DNA of 64,000 nucleotides from Phycisphaerae bacterium. Its GTDB lineage: Bacteria > Planctomycetota > Phycisphaerae > SM23-33. Location of the stretch: assembly GCA_041946855.1 (NCBI GenBank), contig JBHGBE010000005.1:11108-75107 (forward strand), in the 5' to 3' direction. Numbering within the stretch: the first letter of the stretch is position 1; the number at the start of each line of letters is the position of its first letter. Position numbers and translations under genes: made by a program. The notes beneath the pieces were generated by a model. It saw only the letters and a program-made list of their open reading frames with translations. It was not told the DNA's origin and searched no databases. Positions 10,601 through 19,248 of the stretch are shown in pieces.

Positions 10601-10870
10601 GAGGCGCTTAGCAACGCGGCACGACACAGCGGCTGCACCCGGGCGTCGGTGAGGTTCGCCCGTGTCAATGGATGCCTGTCCCTGGTCATCCAGGACAATG
10701 GCCGCGGCTTCGACCCGTCGGCCAAGGCCCGGGGCCTGGGCATCAGCACCATGCACGAGCGGGCCAGGGCCGTCGGCGCCAATCTGGAGGTGACCTCCCG
10801 CCCCGGCAGGACCCGCCTTGTGGTGACGCTGCCTGACCCGGCGAATGACGCCACGTCGAAGTCCAACTGA
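7676..10870 (+). CDS. Multi-domain PAS/GAF sensor histidine kinase (HisKA_3 / NarX-DesK type, HATPase_c)
   Basis: 1064 aa. Three N-terminal coiled-coil repeats. Multiple PAS and two near-duplicate GAF segments (SFDELCR[QK]AVE.G..RLGF[ED]RLGLWF...). ALHAQLMNAREEERRRLAKELHDSVGQ dimerisation/phosphoacceptor helix. C-terminal ATPase with GLGI motif. Confidence 0.85.
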   Translation: MAPETPLPPPSEDAASLRWRVAQLEEELFLVERSYRRAQETTTLPSSGDVAALRQRVAQLEEQLSRGEQSSRGAEDITAASPADDAAALRRRVAQLEGELLLVERSYRRAVELTQQVGQALRDSEERYRAVVESAGEAIAVIDQSGKYLFINTTGAERLGRKVEQMVGRTVWDFFPKEAADYEAGIVREVIKSGRGQAVEVWIPTSRGKRFFRTTVQPLRSETGPSTAAMVIARDSTDQKLAEEESRKIDQWLQLILRHSQDGIVVTERDMKTRKRRLILCNDRYAQMAGRSREELMAADDLDVFVRIHKRPDEDAEDWEKVIRGEAIRGRASWIRPDGRENVYEWMAAPIRVQDRLYLLGIDRDITEQMRAEAALRESEQRYRDLFENAPLCVFECDGPLEARRILRANLAAQRRFGYSEAEFANMPMARIVPEGARGDIAAVFESLRQGKRVSIETPHICRDGSIFPSRLTATILPGTEPPRTIAMVEDITELKQAEKALLASERAERDLRLRLKAMNEVGTELSLAPSFDELCRQAVVLGTERLGFERLGLWFWQDGCFFGSFGTDERGNVRDERGSRGAEVFDEDRRDLVERRKHFIINRDCPLLNSVGEVVGKGTHITAALWDGQKVIGFFSADNLLRGREYTEADGEVLTLYAAVVARLCSRQRAEDALRESERAERRFGEQLVALHELANELTETSSFDELCRKAVEAGRTRLGFDRLGLWFITPRDGEMSGSYGTDEKGRTRDERTHVARLVDGLATTEIVRKKTRLAICEGAPLYDGERHIVGQGSHAAAALWDGRQIIGCLAADNLLTHRPFSHQDGVMLSLYATVLGHLCTQKRTGEAVQALHAQLMNAREEERRRLAKELHDSVGQRMIAMSLAIQNALDSMPKPPASISGLSRMCNEIVDEIRDACHGLYPPTLESLGLGPSLRQIAADLRPKMKMRVTIDPALARKRLGGEIEIALFRIAQEALSNAARHSGCTRASVRFARVNGCLSLVIQDNGRGFDPSAKARGLGISTMHERARAVGANLEVTSRPGRTRLVVTLPDPANDATSKSN
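7715..8015 (+). repeat. Three tandem about-108-nt DNA repeats inside the kinase CDS
   Basis: They encode three AAL(R)xRVAQLEEELxLVERSYRRA copies. Near-identical nucleotide strings (gcgtggcccagttggaggag...) are seen directly. Confidence 0.7.
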
Positions 10871-10926
10871 ACGGCGCTGACCTTCTGCCGTTGCCATCGG
10901 GCCCCGAAACCGTTAGGTATCAGCGG

Positions 10927-11622
10927 ATGCAACCCATCCATAAGGTTCAGGCCCTCATCCTCGACTTCGACGGCGTGGTGGTCGACAGCGAACCGATCCA
11001 CCTGGCGTGTTTCCGCGAGGTGCTCGCCGGCATCGGCGTGCCGCTGGCGACGGAGGACTACTACGCCAGATACGTGGGCTTCGACGATCACGATTGCTTC
11101 GCGGCCGTGCTGCGGAACAACGGCCGTGAGGCGGCTGAATCGCTCATCCGCGAGCTTGTGGCCCGGAAGACCGCGCTCGTCCAGCAAGCATATACGCGCT
11201 CGGTACGAGCGATGCCAGGCGCAGTGGAGCTGATTCGCGGGGCGTCAGAAGCGGGCGTGCCGACGGCCGTCTGCTCCGGAGGGCTTCGCAAGGAGATCGA
11301 GATTGCCGCCCGCGCGGCCGGCGTGGCGAAACACCTGTTGACGGTCGTCACGGCCGAGGATGTCAGACACGGCAAGCCCGATCCGGAGGGCTACCGCCTG
11401 GCTCTGGCGAGGCTGTGCGCCATTACGGGCAAGGCCCTCACGCCGGGGCGATGCGTTGTGGTCGAGGACGCCCCCGCCGGCATCCAGGCGGCCAAAACGG
11501 CCGGGATGAAGGTGCTGGCCGTTACAAGCTCTTACCCGGCCGGGGCGCTCAATCTGGCCGACAGGATCGTAGCCTCGTTGACAGACGTGTCCCTCGGATC
11601 GCTCGCGGGCCTCGCGGAATAG
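10927..11622 (+). CDS. HAD-superfamily hydrolase (beta-phosphoglucomutase-like)
   Basis: LILDFDGVVVDSE motif I. Class IA motifs II and III (S/T...K...D) are also present. Start placed at the inner Met MQPIHKV. Confidence 0.8.
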   Translation: MQPIHKVQALILDFDGVVVDSEPIHLACFREVLAGIGVPLATEDYYARYVGFDDHDCFAAVLRNNGREAAESLIRELVARKTALVQQAYTRSVRAMPGAVELIRGASEAGVPTAVCSGGLRKEIEIAARAAGVAKHLLTVVTAEDVRHGKPDPEGYRLALARLCAITGKALTPGRCVVVEDAPAGIQAAKTAGMKVLAVTSSYPAGALNLADRIVASLTDVSLGSLAGLAE

Positions 11623-11808
11623 GGACGCGCTCTGTCCTTCGCGCGTGTGAGGTTGAGAACAGGGCGCGTCCCTATCTCTATCCGCATTTGACGTTTGCCC
11701 AAGGCGCCGCAAATCCTTGAACCGTCGGCCGGCCATCGCCATACTGGATATTCCGGCGGCGCGGCCGTCGCCGGATGCGTTAGGCTGGTCCCATCCGTCA
11801 ACAGGAGC

Positions 11809-14800
11809 ATGAACATGCGGTTGGCAAGTCTGGGTGCGATGTCGAGCGTGGCGATGGTTCTCACGTGGGCGGTCCTGACGACGCCGGTTCTGGCCCAGGA
11901 CAGCAGGAACATCGTCGAGAACCCTTCCTTCGAGGACAACAACCCCGGCGGCAAGACGGTCTTCCCCGGCTGGTCGTTCACGGCGCACGAGGGCCAGTGC
12001 GACCTCCGCGCAAGCGCCATCGCCCGCACCGGCAAGGCGTCCGCCATGCTCTGCGGGGCCAACGCCCCCAAGATGCGCCTGATGCAGACGCATGACCTTG
12101 AGCCCGGCAGGTATCGCATCACGGCCTTCCTCCGTGGCCTGGACATCGGCAAGGGCACGTGGGGCTGGACCACCGAGTTCATGTTCGACGGCTCCGACAA
12201 GGGCGGCTACTTCCAGCTTGACAAGAACGGGACGTTCGGCTGGACCAAGCTGACCTTCGTCGGCGAGATCAAGGAAAAGCACAAGGCCCAGGGGCCCTCC
12301 TTCGGCCTCTGCGCGCCGGGCTGGCTGTGGGTGGACGACGTGACGATGGAGAAGGTCGGCGACGACGTGGCCCTGACGCCCAAGCCGGTGCTGGATAAGG
12401 AAGAGGCCCCCATCGCCCCGCCGGGCAAGATCGACTCCACGGCCGTGCGCTGCCCGGAGTGCTCATACCGCAACATGCCCGCGTGGAAGAACTGCTACGC
12501 CTGCGGCACGAGCCTGGAGGTGAAGAAGGCCGTCGTCACCGGTCCGCCGGTAAAGCTCATCACGTCCTTCGAGGAGGCCAAGTGCCCATTCGAGGTGGGC
12601 GATGAAAAGGCGCAGGCAACCGTCGTCGAGGAGCACGCCACCGACGGCAAGAAGGCCCTGAAGCTCTCCCGGAGCTACGCCTCGATGTCGGCAAAGCAGG
12701 ACTGGGCGGGCTACGACTACCTCAAGGCCGACATGTACACGGACGCCACCGACCCGATGGAGATCACCGTCGAGGTCCGCGATATCGGGACTACCGACTA
12801 CTACACGCGAGTCAACTACACCACCATCGTCCCGCCGGGGGCCAGCACGCTGATCATCCCGATCAAGCAACTTTACGTCGGCGAGAAGTCCCGGCCGGGG
12901 CGGATGCTCGACGCGGGCAACGTCACCCGTCTGGTCTACGCCATCTCCGACAAGCCCCAGGCGCCGCTTTTCATCGACAACATCCGCGTCGAACGGGACG
13001 AGGACGCCGCGAAGGTCTTCTTCGACGGCCTGCTCGCATACGACTTCCAGCCCAACAACACCTGCCCGCTGATGGAGGGCTTCACGCCGGTCGTGCCGTC
13101 CACCATTTACAGCGAGGGCAAGGGCTACGGCCTCAAGAACGCCGGCAACCCGGCCGGCCAGAACGCCCTCCAGCCCGACCCGCTCTACCAGGACTACATC
13201 AATATCACTCAGGGCGGCATGGCCGTCGATGTGCCCAACGGAAAGTACCACGTCTGGGTCAACGTCAACCGGCCCAACCTCTACTGGGGCGAGGTGCAGC
13301 AGTGGACCAAGCGGACGATCAAGGCCAACGGCAAGGTCGTCGTGGATGAGACGCGGACGGCGGATGACCTCAAGAAGCAGCACTTCCGCTTCTGGAACAC
13401 CGACGACCTGCCGACGGACAACACGTTCGACAAGTACCAGAAGGTCTATGACGAGAAGGCGTTCGACGTCGACGTGACGGATGGGCAGCTCTTCATCGAG
13501 TTCGGCGGCCAGGGCTACGAGCCGTGCGCGGTGTCGGCCCTCGTGATCTACCCAGCCTCCAAGGCGGCCGAGGGCGAGAAGTTCCTCAAGTACGTCGAAT
13601 CGCGCCGGCGGTTCCACTTCGACAACTACTTCAAGCGGACGTTGCACAAGGCAACGGGGGACGCCCTGGCGCCAAACGACAACGACAAGAAGCTCGGCCT
13701 GGTCATCTTTGCGCCGAACTTCATGAAAGACGTGTACTACAACGACACGCCGCTCAAGTCGGAACTGGGCCAACCGGCAAAGGCGGACGCCTTCGCGGGC
13801 GAGATGGCCCCGCTGACCGTGGCAGTCGTTCCGCTGATGGACCTTGGTAGGGTGACGGCAACCGTCAGCGATTTGAGCGGCGATGCCGGCACGATCCCCG
13901 CCTCGGCCATCGAAGTCGGCTACGTCTCCTATCGCATCAATCGCGTCACGATGGAGGGATCGGTCTACACCATCGGCCCGCGTTTCGTCATGCCGACAAG
14001 CGCCGTGGAGATGCCCAAGGACATCACGCGGCAGTTTGTGGCGACGGTGAAGGTGCCGGCCGACGCGAAACCCGGCCTCTACACTGGGAAGATCAGCTTC
14101 AAGACCGAAAAGGGCGGCGACCAGGGCGCTGCCGCGGTCAAGAACAGCATCCTGGTCGAGCTTCGCGTTCGTAGCGGCGCGCTCGACGATGTTGACATCC
14201 CCGCCGGACCGTGGGGCATCGAAGCGCCGTACATCGGCGACCTCGTCTGCATGAAGAAGCTCCGCGAGTACGGCTTCACCGACTTTTCGAGCGGGCCGAA
14301 AGTGCGCTACAGCGGATTCAAGGACGGCAAGCCGCAGCTCGACTTCACGGCCGCCGACAAGCTGATGGCCACCGCCAAGGAACTGGGCTTCAGGGGCGTG
14401 GTCTTCTATAGCACGCTGGTGTACGGCTACAACGCGTACTTCAAGGATGACGCGGCGATGAAGGCCGCGGGCTTCAAGGACTACGCCGAGTTCATCAAGG
14501 CCCTCTACACGCCCATTCAGAAGCACGCCGAGGAGGCCGGCTGGATTCCGTACTTCATCAACCTCGGCGACGAGCCGGCCGGCGACGACGTTAACCGCGC
14601 GGCCGACAACTGCGAGGCCTATCGCAAGGCGTTCCCCAAGGGGCCGCCGTGGTTCTCCTTCGCGACAAGCTACTCCGGCACCGACACCAAGAGCCCGCAC
14701 GCGCGGCTGTGCAAGGCCGTCGAGATTCCCAACCTCAACGGCCATGACGAGGCCGCGATCAAGATACTGCACGACGCCGGCTGCCAGTGGGCCTTCTACA

Positions 14801-15222
14801 ACGGCGGCAGCCGCTGGACGTTCGGCGACTACATGTACAAGGCGGCGAAGCAGTTCGACATGAAGTTCCGCATCGCCTGGCACTGGAACTGCACGGCCGG
14901 CGATCCGTTCTACGCCCTGGACTGCCGCGAGGACGACTACGCCTGGGCGCAGTCGACGCCCGATGGCAAGCTGATGACCTGCCTTGACCTGTTCGAGCGG
15001 AAGCGCGAGGGCCTGGGCGATTACCGGCGACTGCTGACGCTGGCGCGATTGGCCAAGGAAAAAGCCGGCACGCCCGCGGCCGTCGCCGGCGAGAAGCTCA
15101 TCGACGCCCGCATGGCCAGCTTCAAGCTCGGCCAGCGCGACCACGACGCGCTCTTCGGCCTGGCCGACTGGGACGCCTTCCGCGCCAAGGTCAACGACGC
15201 CATCGAGGCGCTGAGGAAGTAA
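11809..15222 (+). CDS. Large secreted carbohydrate-active protein, putative glycoside hydrolase with an N-terminal CBM-like domain and a Zn-ribbon
   Basis: Signal peptide (MNMRLASLGAMSSVAMVLTWAVLTTPVLAQ) preceded by an AGGAG ribosome-binding site. CPECSYRNMPAWKNCYACG zinc ribbon. A TIM-barrel-like C-terminal region. The specific family is not recognised. Confidence 0.55.
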   Translation: MNMRLASLGAMSSVAMVLTWAVLTTPVLAQDSRNIVENPSFEDNNPGGKTVFPGWSFTAHEGQCDLRASAIARTGKASAMLCGANAPKMRLMQTHDLEPGRYRITAFLRGLDIGKGTWGWTTEFMFDGSDKGGYFQLDKNGTFGWTKLTFVGEIKEKHKAQGPSFGLCAPGWLWVDDVTMEKVGDDVALTPKPVLDKEEAPIAPPGKIDSTAVRCPECSYRNMPAWKNCYACGTSLEVKKAVVTGPPVKLITSFEEAKCPFEVGDEKAQATVVEEHATDGKKALKLSRSYASMSAKQDWAGYDYLKADMYTDATDPMEITVEVRDIGTTDYYTRVNYTTIVPPGASTLIIPIKQLYVGEKSRPGRMLDAGNVTRLVYAISDKPQAPLFIDNIRVERDEDAAKVFFDGLLAYDFQPNNTCPLMEGFTPVVPSTIYSEGKGYGLKNAGNPAGQNALQPDPLYQDYINITQGGMAVDVPNGKYHVWVNVNRPNLYWGEVQQWTKRTIKANGKVVVDETRTADDLKKQHFRFWNTDDLPTDNTFDKYQKVYDEKAFDVDVTDGQLFIEFGGQGYEPCAVSALVIYPASKAAEGEKFLKYVESRRRFHFDNYFKRTLHKATGDALAPNDNDKKLGLVIFAPNFMKDVYYNDTPLKSELGQPAKADAFAGEMAPLTVAVVPLMDLGRVTATVSDLSGDAGTIPASAIEVGYVSYRINRVTMEGSVYTIGPRFVMPTSAVEMPKDITRQFVATVKVPADAKPGLYTGKISFKTEKGGDQGAAAVKNSILVELRVRSGALDDVDIPAGPWGIEAPYIGDLVCMKKLREYGFTDFSSGPKVRYSGFKDGKPQLDFTAADKLMATAKELGFRGVVFYSTLVYGYNAYFKDDAAMKAAGFKDYAEFIKALYTPIQKHAEEAGWIPYFINLGDEPAGDDVNRAADNCEAYRKAFPKGPPWFSFATSYSGTDTKSPHARLCKAVEIPNLNGHDEAAIKILHDAGCQWAFYNGGSRWTFGDYMYKAAKQFDMKFRIAWHWNCTAGDPFYALDCREDDYAWAQSTPDGKLMTCLDLFERKREGLGDYRRLLTLARLAKEKAGTPAAVAGEKLIDARMASFKLGQRDHDALFGLADWDAFRAKVNDAIEALRK

Positions 15223-15260
15223 GCGGCAATCAGTGAGCAGTAATCGGTAAGCAGTCCTAT

Positions 15261-15374
15261 GGAGTGCGGCGGCAAAGTCCCGTAGGGACGCGACGCCGCT
15301 TTGGATGTCGTGCCAATCACCGACGGCGAGCCAAAGCGGCGTCGCATCGCTTCGCGATATTGCCGCCGCACTCC
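15261..15374. repeat. Nested about-115-nt palindrome between convergent genes (multi-branched hairpin; bidirectional terminator or structured RNA)
   Basis: Outer arms GGAGTGCGGCGGCAA / TTGCCGCCGCACTCC. Inner arms GCGACGCCGCTTTGG / CCAAAGCGGCGTCGC. Small hairpins GTCCCgtagGGGAC and ATCGCttcGCGAT. Confidence 0.6.
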
Positions 15375-15402
15375 ACAAGGTCGCCCTTAGTTCGGAATTC
15401 TC

Positions 15403-17991
15403 TCACTCCCGCGTTAGCAGGTACCACATCGTCTTGTACTTGGCGCTTGTCAGGACAAGTAGCTCTGAGTCTTGCCTCTTGAGGTCCACTTTCCCGTTGG
15501 CAGTCCCGTCTGGATTGAGCGCCTGACATTGCCACTTGGCAGACAAGTCCACTTCGCCCCAAGGCGGAACTCGTATCTCATCAGTTGTCGCCCCTATCCT
15601 CACAGGGGCCTTGCCCCATCGGGTCCCGACCGTGCGGCGGTCCTCGGAAAAGACCATGTCGGTGTTCTCACACCGCTCGCAGATGGTCAGGAGGATCTTC
15701 TTGGACTTCTTCAGGGAGAGACCGTCCATAGCTGTGGCCGTGAAGGCGCCGAAATGGTCTCTTGTCCCGCCGCCCAGCAGGTAACCATCAACCATCATGG
15801 CCTGCGTGCTGACAGCGAGCACAAAGTGGACCTGGGACATGCTCCAATTCCAACCGCTCCGAGCTTCGGTCAAGGGCCGGGTTGAGCTGCTTTGGCCATT
15901 GAGAGAGACAAGCGCTCGGCAGTTCTGACAGGTCAATGTCGACATTCTCTTGTCGAAGGCGGCCGCTGCGCCGAGCATGTCCATTCCGTGCTTGGCCTGA
16001 AGCTTCGCCAGGCTGGCCAGAGGATCCTCACCCTGGGACAGCGAGACCTCCACTTTGCCACTGAACGGTTCGAACCCTCCTTCACGGAAGATGATCGTCC
16101 CCGCCGGCATGAAGCCCCACTTGGCCGGGTTGCCGACGATGTCGAAGAAGCTGGAGAAGCGGTCTGTCGTCGTGCTGTCGCGTGAGTGGCTGTAGGCGAA
16201 GAGCCACACGCCGTCCCAGTCCTGCGCGGCGGCGAACGAGGCGATCATCGGCACGCACTCGGCCTGGTAGTCGTTTGGGGCCGGGTGGTTGTACTCGCTG
16301 ACGGTGTAGGGCTTGCCCGCCAGTCGCTCGCAGGCGAGGCGAAAAAGCGGCGACTGGTCGGGGTGGTCCACCATCGCCTTCTGCTCGACGAGCCAGTTCG
16401 CCCCGTCCCACGGCCGGCCGGGGAAGTGCGGGTGCTGCCAGTAGGCGTGGCCGTCGATGTAGTCCATGTCGCTCTGCGTCCACAGGCCAAGCGGGCCGAA
16501 CACGATCGTCCCGGTCACCAGCGACTTGCAGCCCAGGTCCTTCTTGATGAACTGGCGCATGTCGTCGAAGTAGGCCTTCTCCGTCTCGGCGAAGAAGCGC
16601 ATTCGGTCGGTCGTGCGGGCGGGCGATTCGGCCTGGCCGTAGAGGGCGACGTTGGCCTTGTCGATGGACTCATCCTTTGCCAGCCCCTCGATGCCGCCGG
16701 GGCGAAGTTCGACATCGGCGATCTCGACGGCCGTGTCGCTGCCTCCCAGGACAAAGCCCACGCGGGCGTTGTCGTCGGAGTCGCTGGCGGTGAAGCCGCA
16801 GCGGAAGGGCTTCCACCGGTCGCTCAGGCTCACGGTTCGCGACAGGCCCAGGCCTTTCCACGGATCGTGCGCCTGGCCGGCGGAGGCCGTGATCTGCCGC
16901 GGCTTGTCCGCGCGTGCCTTGAAGATGAACGTGTAGTAGCTGCCGGCCGTCAGCTTGATGCTGTTGAGGCTGAACTGGATGTGCCATGTTGTCTGGTTTG
17001 CCTTAGCGATGTCGATCCGCACTCCTTCGGACTTGACCTCGCCCGCCTTGGGCAGGTCGGCGGCCTTTGCCTGGCAGCCCTCGTGCTGCTCCAGGAACCA
17101 GACGCCCTTGTTGCCCTGCGCCTGACGCTTGGCGACGCCGGCGATCATGTTCTCACCCAGCGGCGCCGCCCCGGCCGACCACGCGGCCGTGAGCTTCTCG
17201 CCCGTGCCGTAGCGGGCCTTGAGCCATGCGTTGAACTTGCTCTCCAGGATCTTCGCGTAGTGCGGCGGGAGCGACTGGATCGTGTTGTCAGCGCCCCACA
17301 TGAACAGGCTGTCCTCGTTGTTGATCTCCACGAACGCGACGGCCGGGTCGTCGGCGTAGCGGACCTTGCGGTGGGCGTTGGTGTGCGTGAGCAGGTCGCG
17401 GGCGTACTTCTTCTGGGCGTCGATCAGCTCCGGCGTGAAGATGTCGATGATCTTGTCCATGCCGGGGGCCTTGTCGGCGTCGGGGAGCTTGAGGGCCTTG
17501 GCATGGCCGCGCGAGACGTGCAGGTTAATGTTCGCGCGGATGCCGTGGCGGGCGAGTTGGTCCAGAAAGTAGTCCAGCCGATCCAAAGCCTCGTCGGAAA
17601 GCTTGAGGCGGTCCTTGGGGTCCCAGATTCCGTCGGGGAAGGCCTGGCTGTCCATGTGGTGGTGGCGCGTGGCGTTGACGCCGAAGGCCTCCAGACGGCG
17701 GGCGATCTTCTGGGCATCGGCGTGCGTGGGGAAGTTCGCGCCGAAGCAGAAGTTGACGCCCCATGCCCGCCAGCGGTTCTTGCCGAGCCAGAAGTGGCCA
17801 TCGCGGGCCTCGACGCGGGCGGCGTCGGCCGGGACAGGCGCGGCCTTGAAGGCGATGAGCGACTTGTCGCTGACCTCCGACGGGATGACGAACGGGACGA
17901 AGTTCTTGTCGTTGCTGTCCGCATCATCGGCGGCCGTGAGTGTGTGGCACGTTGCGAGAATCCCCAGTAGCAGCATCGTGCGGAGGTTCAT
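15403..17991 (-). CDS. Secreted glycoside hydrolase family 5 (cellulase/mannanase-like) with an additional beta-sandwich domain
   Basis: Signal peptide. GH5 catalytic-acid context VAFVEINNEDS. Conserved aromatic/His residues. Confidence 0.75.
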   Translation of the reverse strand: MNLRTMLLLGILATCHTLTAADDADSNDKNFVPFVIPSEVSDKSLIAFKAAPVPADAARVEARDGHFWLGKNRWRAWGVNFCFGANFPTHADAQKIARRLEAFGVNATRHHHMDSQAFPDGIWDPKDRLKLSDEALDRLDYFLDQLARHGIRANINLHVSRGHAKALKLPDADKAPGMDKIIDIFTPELIDAQKKYARDLLTHTNAHRKVRYADDPAVAFVEINNEDSLFMWGADNTIQSLPPHYAKILESKFNAWLKARYGTGEKLTAAWSAGAAPLGENMIAGVAKRQAQGNKGVWFLEQHEGCQAKAADLPKAGEVKSEGVRIDIAKANQTTWHIQFSLNSIKLTAGSYYTFIFKARADKPRQITASAGQAHDPWKGLGLSRTVSLSDRWKPFRCGFTASDSDDNARVGFVLGGSDTAVEIADVELRPGGIEGLAKDESIDKANVALYGQAESPARTTDRMRFFAETEKAYFDDMRQFIKKDLGCKSLVTGTIVFGPLGLWTQSDMDYIDGHAYWQHPHFPGRPWDGANWLVEQKAMVDHPDQSPLFRLACERLAGKPYTVSEYNHPAPNDYQAECVPMIASFAAAQDWDGVWLFAYSHSRDSTTTDRFSSFFDIVGNPAKWGFMPAGTIIFREGGFEPFSGKVEVSLSQGEDPLASLAKLQAKHGMDMLGAAAAFDKRMSTLTCQNCRALVSLNGQSSSTRPLTEARSGWNWSMSQVHFVLAVSTQAMMVDGYLLGGGTRDHFGAFTATAMDGLSLKKSKKILLTICERCENTDMVFSEDRRTVGTRWGKAPVRIGATTDEIRVPPWGEVDLSAKWQCQALNPDGTANGKVDLKRQDSELLVLTSAKYKTMWYLLTRE

Positions 17992-18100
17992 GGTTCGGCC
18001 TTTCGAGGATGGCTCACATTGTCCGCCGGCGCGGCGGGGGCGGTCAACAGCCTATGTTGCAGTGCGGCCGGGCACACTCCTATCATACGTGCCAGGAGCA

Positions 18101-18769
18101 ATGGCCGACGACAGCGACAACCCCGATCCTCGTCCCATCCGCTGGGCGTCACGCGTCGAGCCGCGCCTGATCTGGCGGCTCTATCAGGCAGACGCCGCGG
18201 GGATTCACGATGGTGAACTGATGGACGAGGTCGCCTTCGCGCTCCTTGCGCGTTGCGAGTCGGTCCGTCGGGTCAGCGAGCGGCGATGCCCGCACTGCGG
18301 TGGCCTGCTGGCGGGCCAGCGCTCGGCCGATTCGGTCCTCACCTGCGAAGGCTGCTCCTGGCGGGTCCGCTGGCGGAGCTACCAGAACTCCTACAAGAAA
18401 CAGCGCCTCAACGGCCCACGGGCCATGCCGGCGTTCAGCGCGTTCATGGCCGGCTATCCGCAGGCGCGGGACTGGGCCGCGAAGATGCGGGCGGTCGACT
18501 CGCTCATCCACGCGGTACACGAGACGATCCGGCCGGGCTGCAACCCTTTTGTCGTGCCGGCGGCCGAGAACCTCATCGACGGCCCGCCGGAGGAGACCTT
18601 CGCCCTCCTTGAGTCGCTCGCCACCGGTCCCGGCGCGAGCATCGGCCTCGACAAGACGCGCCAGTCGTGGCTGGGGAAAGTAGCCGATTACAGGAAGCGC
18701 CTCGCCAGGGAGCTTCGCGAGCGCCAGAAGCAGCGCGAGCGCGCCAAGAGCAATACCGCGTCGCCATAG
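18101..18769 (+). CDS. Hypothetical protein with CxxC...CxxC zinc ribbon
   Basis: Start ATG at 18101 preceded by an AGGAG ribosome-binding site. The longer ORF 17603..18769 overlaps the convergent GH5 gene, so the inner start is preferred. Confidence 0.5.
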   Translation: MADDSDNPDPRPIRWASRVEPRLIWRLYQADAAGIHDGELMDEVAFALLARCESVRRVSERRCPHCGGLLAGQRSADSVLTCEGCSWRVRWRSYQNSYKKQRLNGPRAMPAFSAFMAGYPQARDWAAKMRAVDSLIHAVHETIRPGCNPFVVPAAENLIDGPPEETFALLESLATGPGASIGLDKTRQSWLGKVADYRKRLARELRERQKQRERAKSNTASP

Positions 18770-18773
18770 CAAC

Positions 18774-18804
18774 TGGGGACAGTCCCAAACTGCGGGACTG
18801 TCCC
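18774..18804 (+). terminator. Hairpin GGGGACAGTCCC-aaactgc-GGGACTGTCCCC
   Basis: 12-bp perfect stem directly after the stop of the 18101..18769 gene. Confidence 0.5.
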
Positions 18805-18894
18805 CAGCCACGGGCCGGAAAATGACCTTGCTATCCGCGTCATCCCTGCTAAACTACTTCGTTTCCGTTTCGTATAAGGACACGAGGTAGGACC

Positions 18895-19131
18895 ATGAAG
18901 GACAAGATACATCCCGACTATCACGAGGTGACCGTGACGTGCGCGTGCGGCAACACCTTCAAGACGCGCTCGACGGCCAAGAGCCTACAGGTTGACATCT
19001 GCTCGGCCTGCCACCCCTTCTATACCGGCAAGCAGAAGTTCGTTGACACGGCCGGGCGCGTCGAGAAGTTCACACGCAAGTTCGGCGGCGAATACTTCAA
19101 GAAGGCCGAGGAAAAGAAGACCAAGAAGTAG
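18895..19131 (+). CDS. rpmE: 50S ribosomal protein L31
   Basis: [30 protein letters not shown]...[13 protein letters not shown] matches the L31 signature. Confidence 0.9.
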   Translation: MKDKIHPDYHEVTVTCACGNTFKTRSTAKSLQVDICSACHPFYTGKQKFVDTAGRVEKFTRKFGGEYFKKAEEKKTKK

Positions 19132-19248
19132 CTGCGCGACGCCAATAGCGCCGACGGTGATTCCCTCGCTGGGGCCTGTCGGCGCTTCTGTTTGGCTGTG
19201 ACACCCCCAACGAAACGGCCGTTGGGGGTGCCACTGAGGCGATCATCC

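Noticed and set aside
12463-15378. 971-aa minus-strand ORF antisense to the secreted carbohydrate-active gene
   Set aside because: It is antisense to a well-supported CDS and has an Arg/Gly/Val/Asp-rich low-complexity composition with no domains.
16186-17970. 594-aa plus-strand ORF antisense to the GH5 gene
   Set aside because: Same antisense-artefact reasoning. GH5 motifs are on the other strand.
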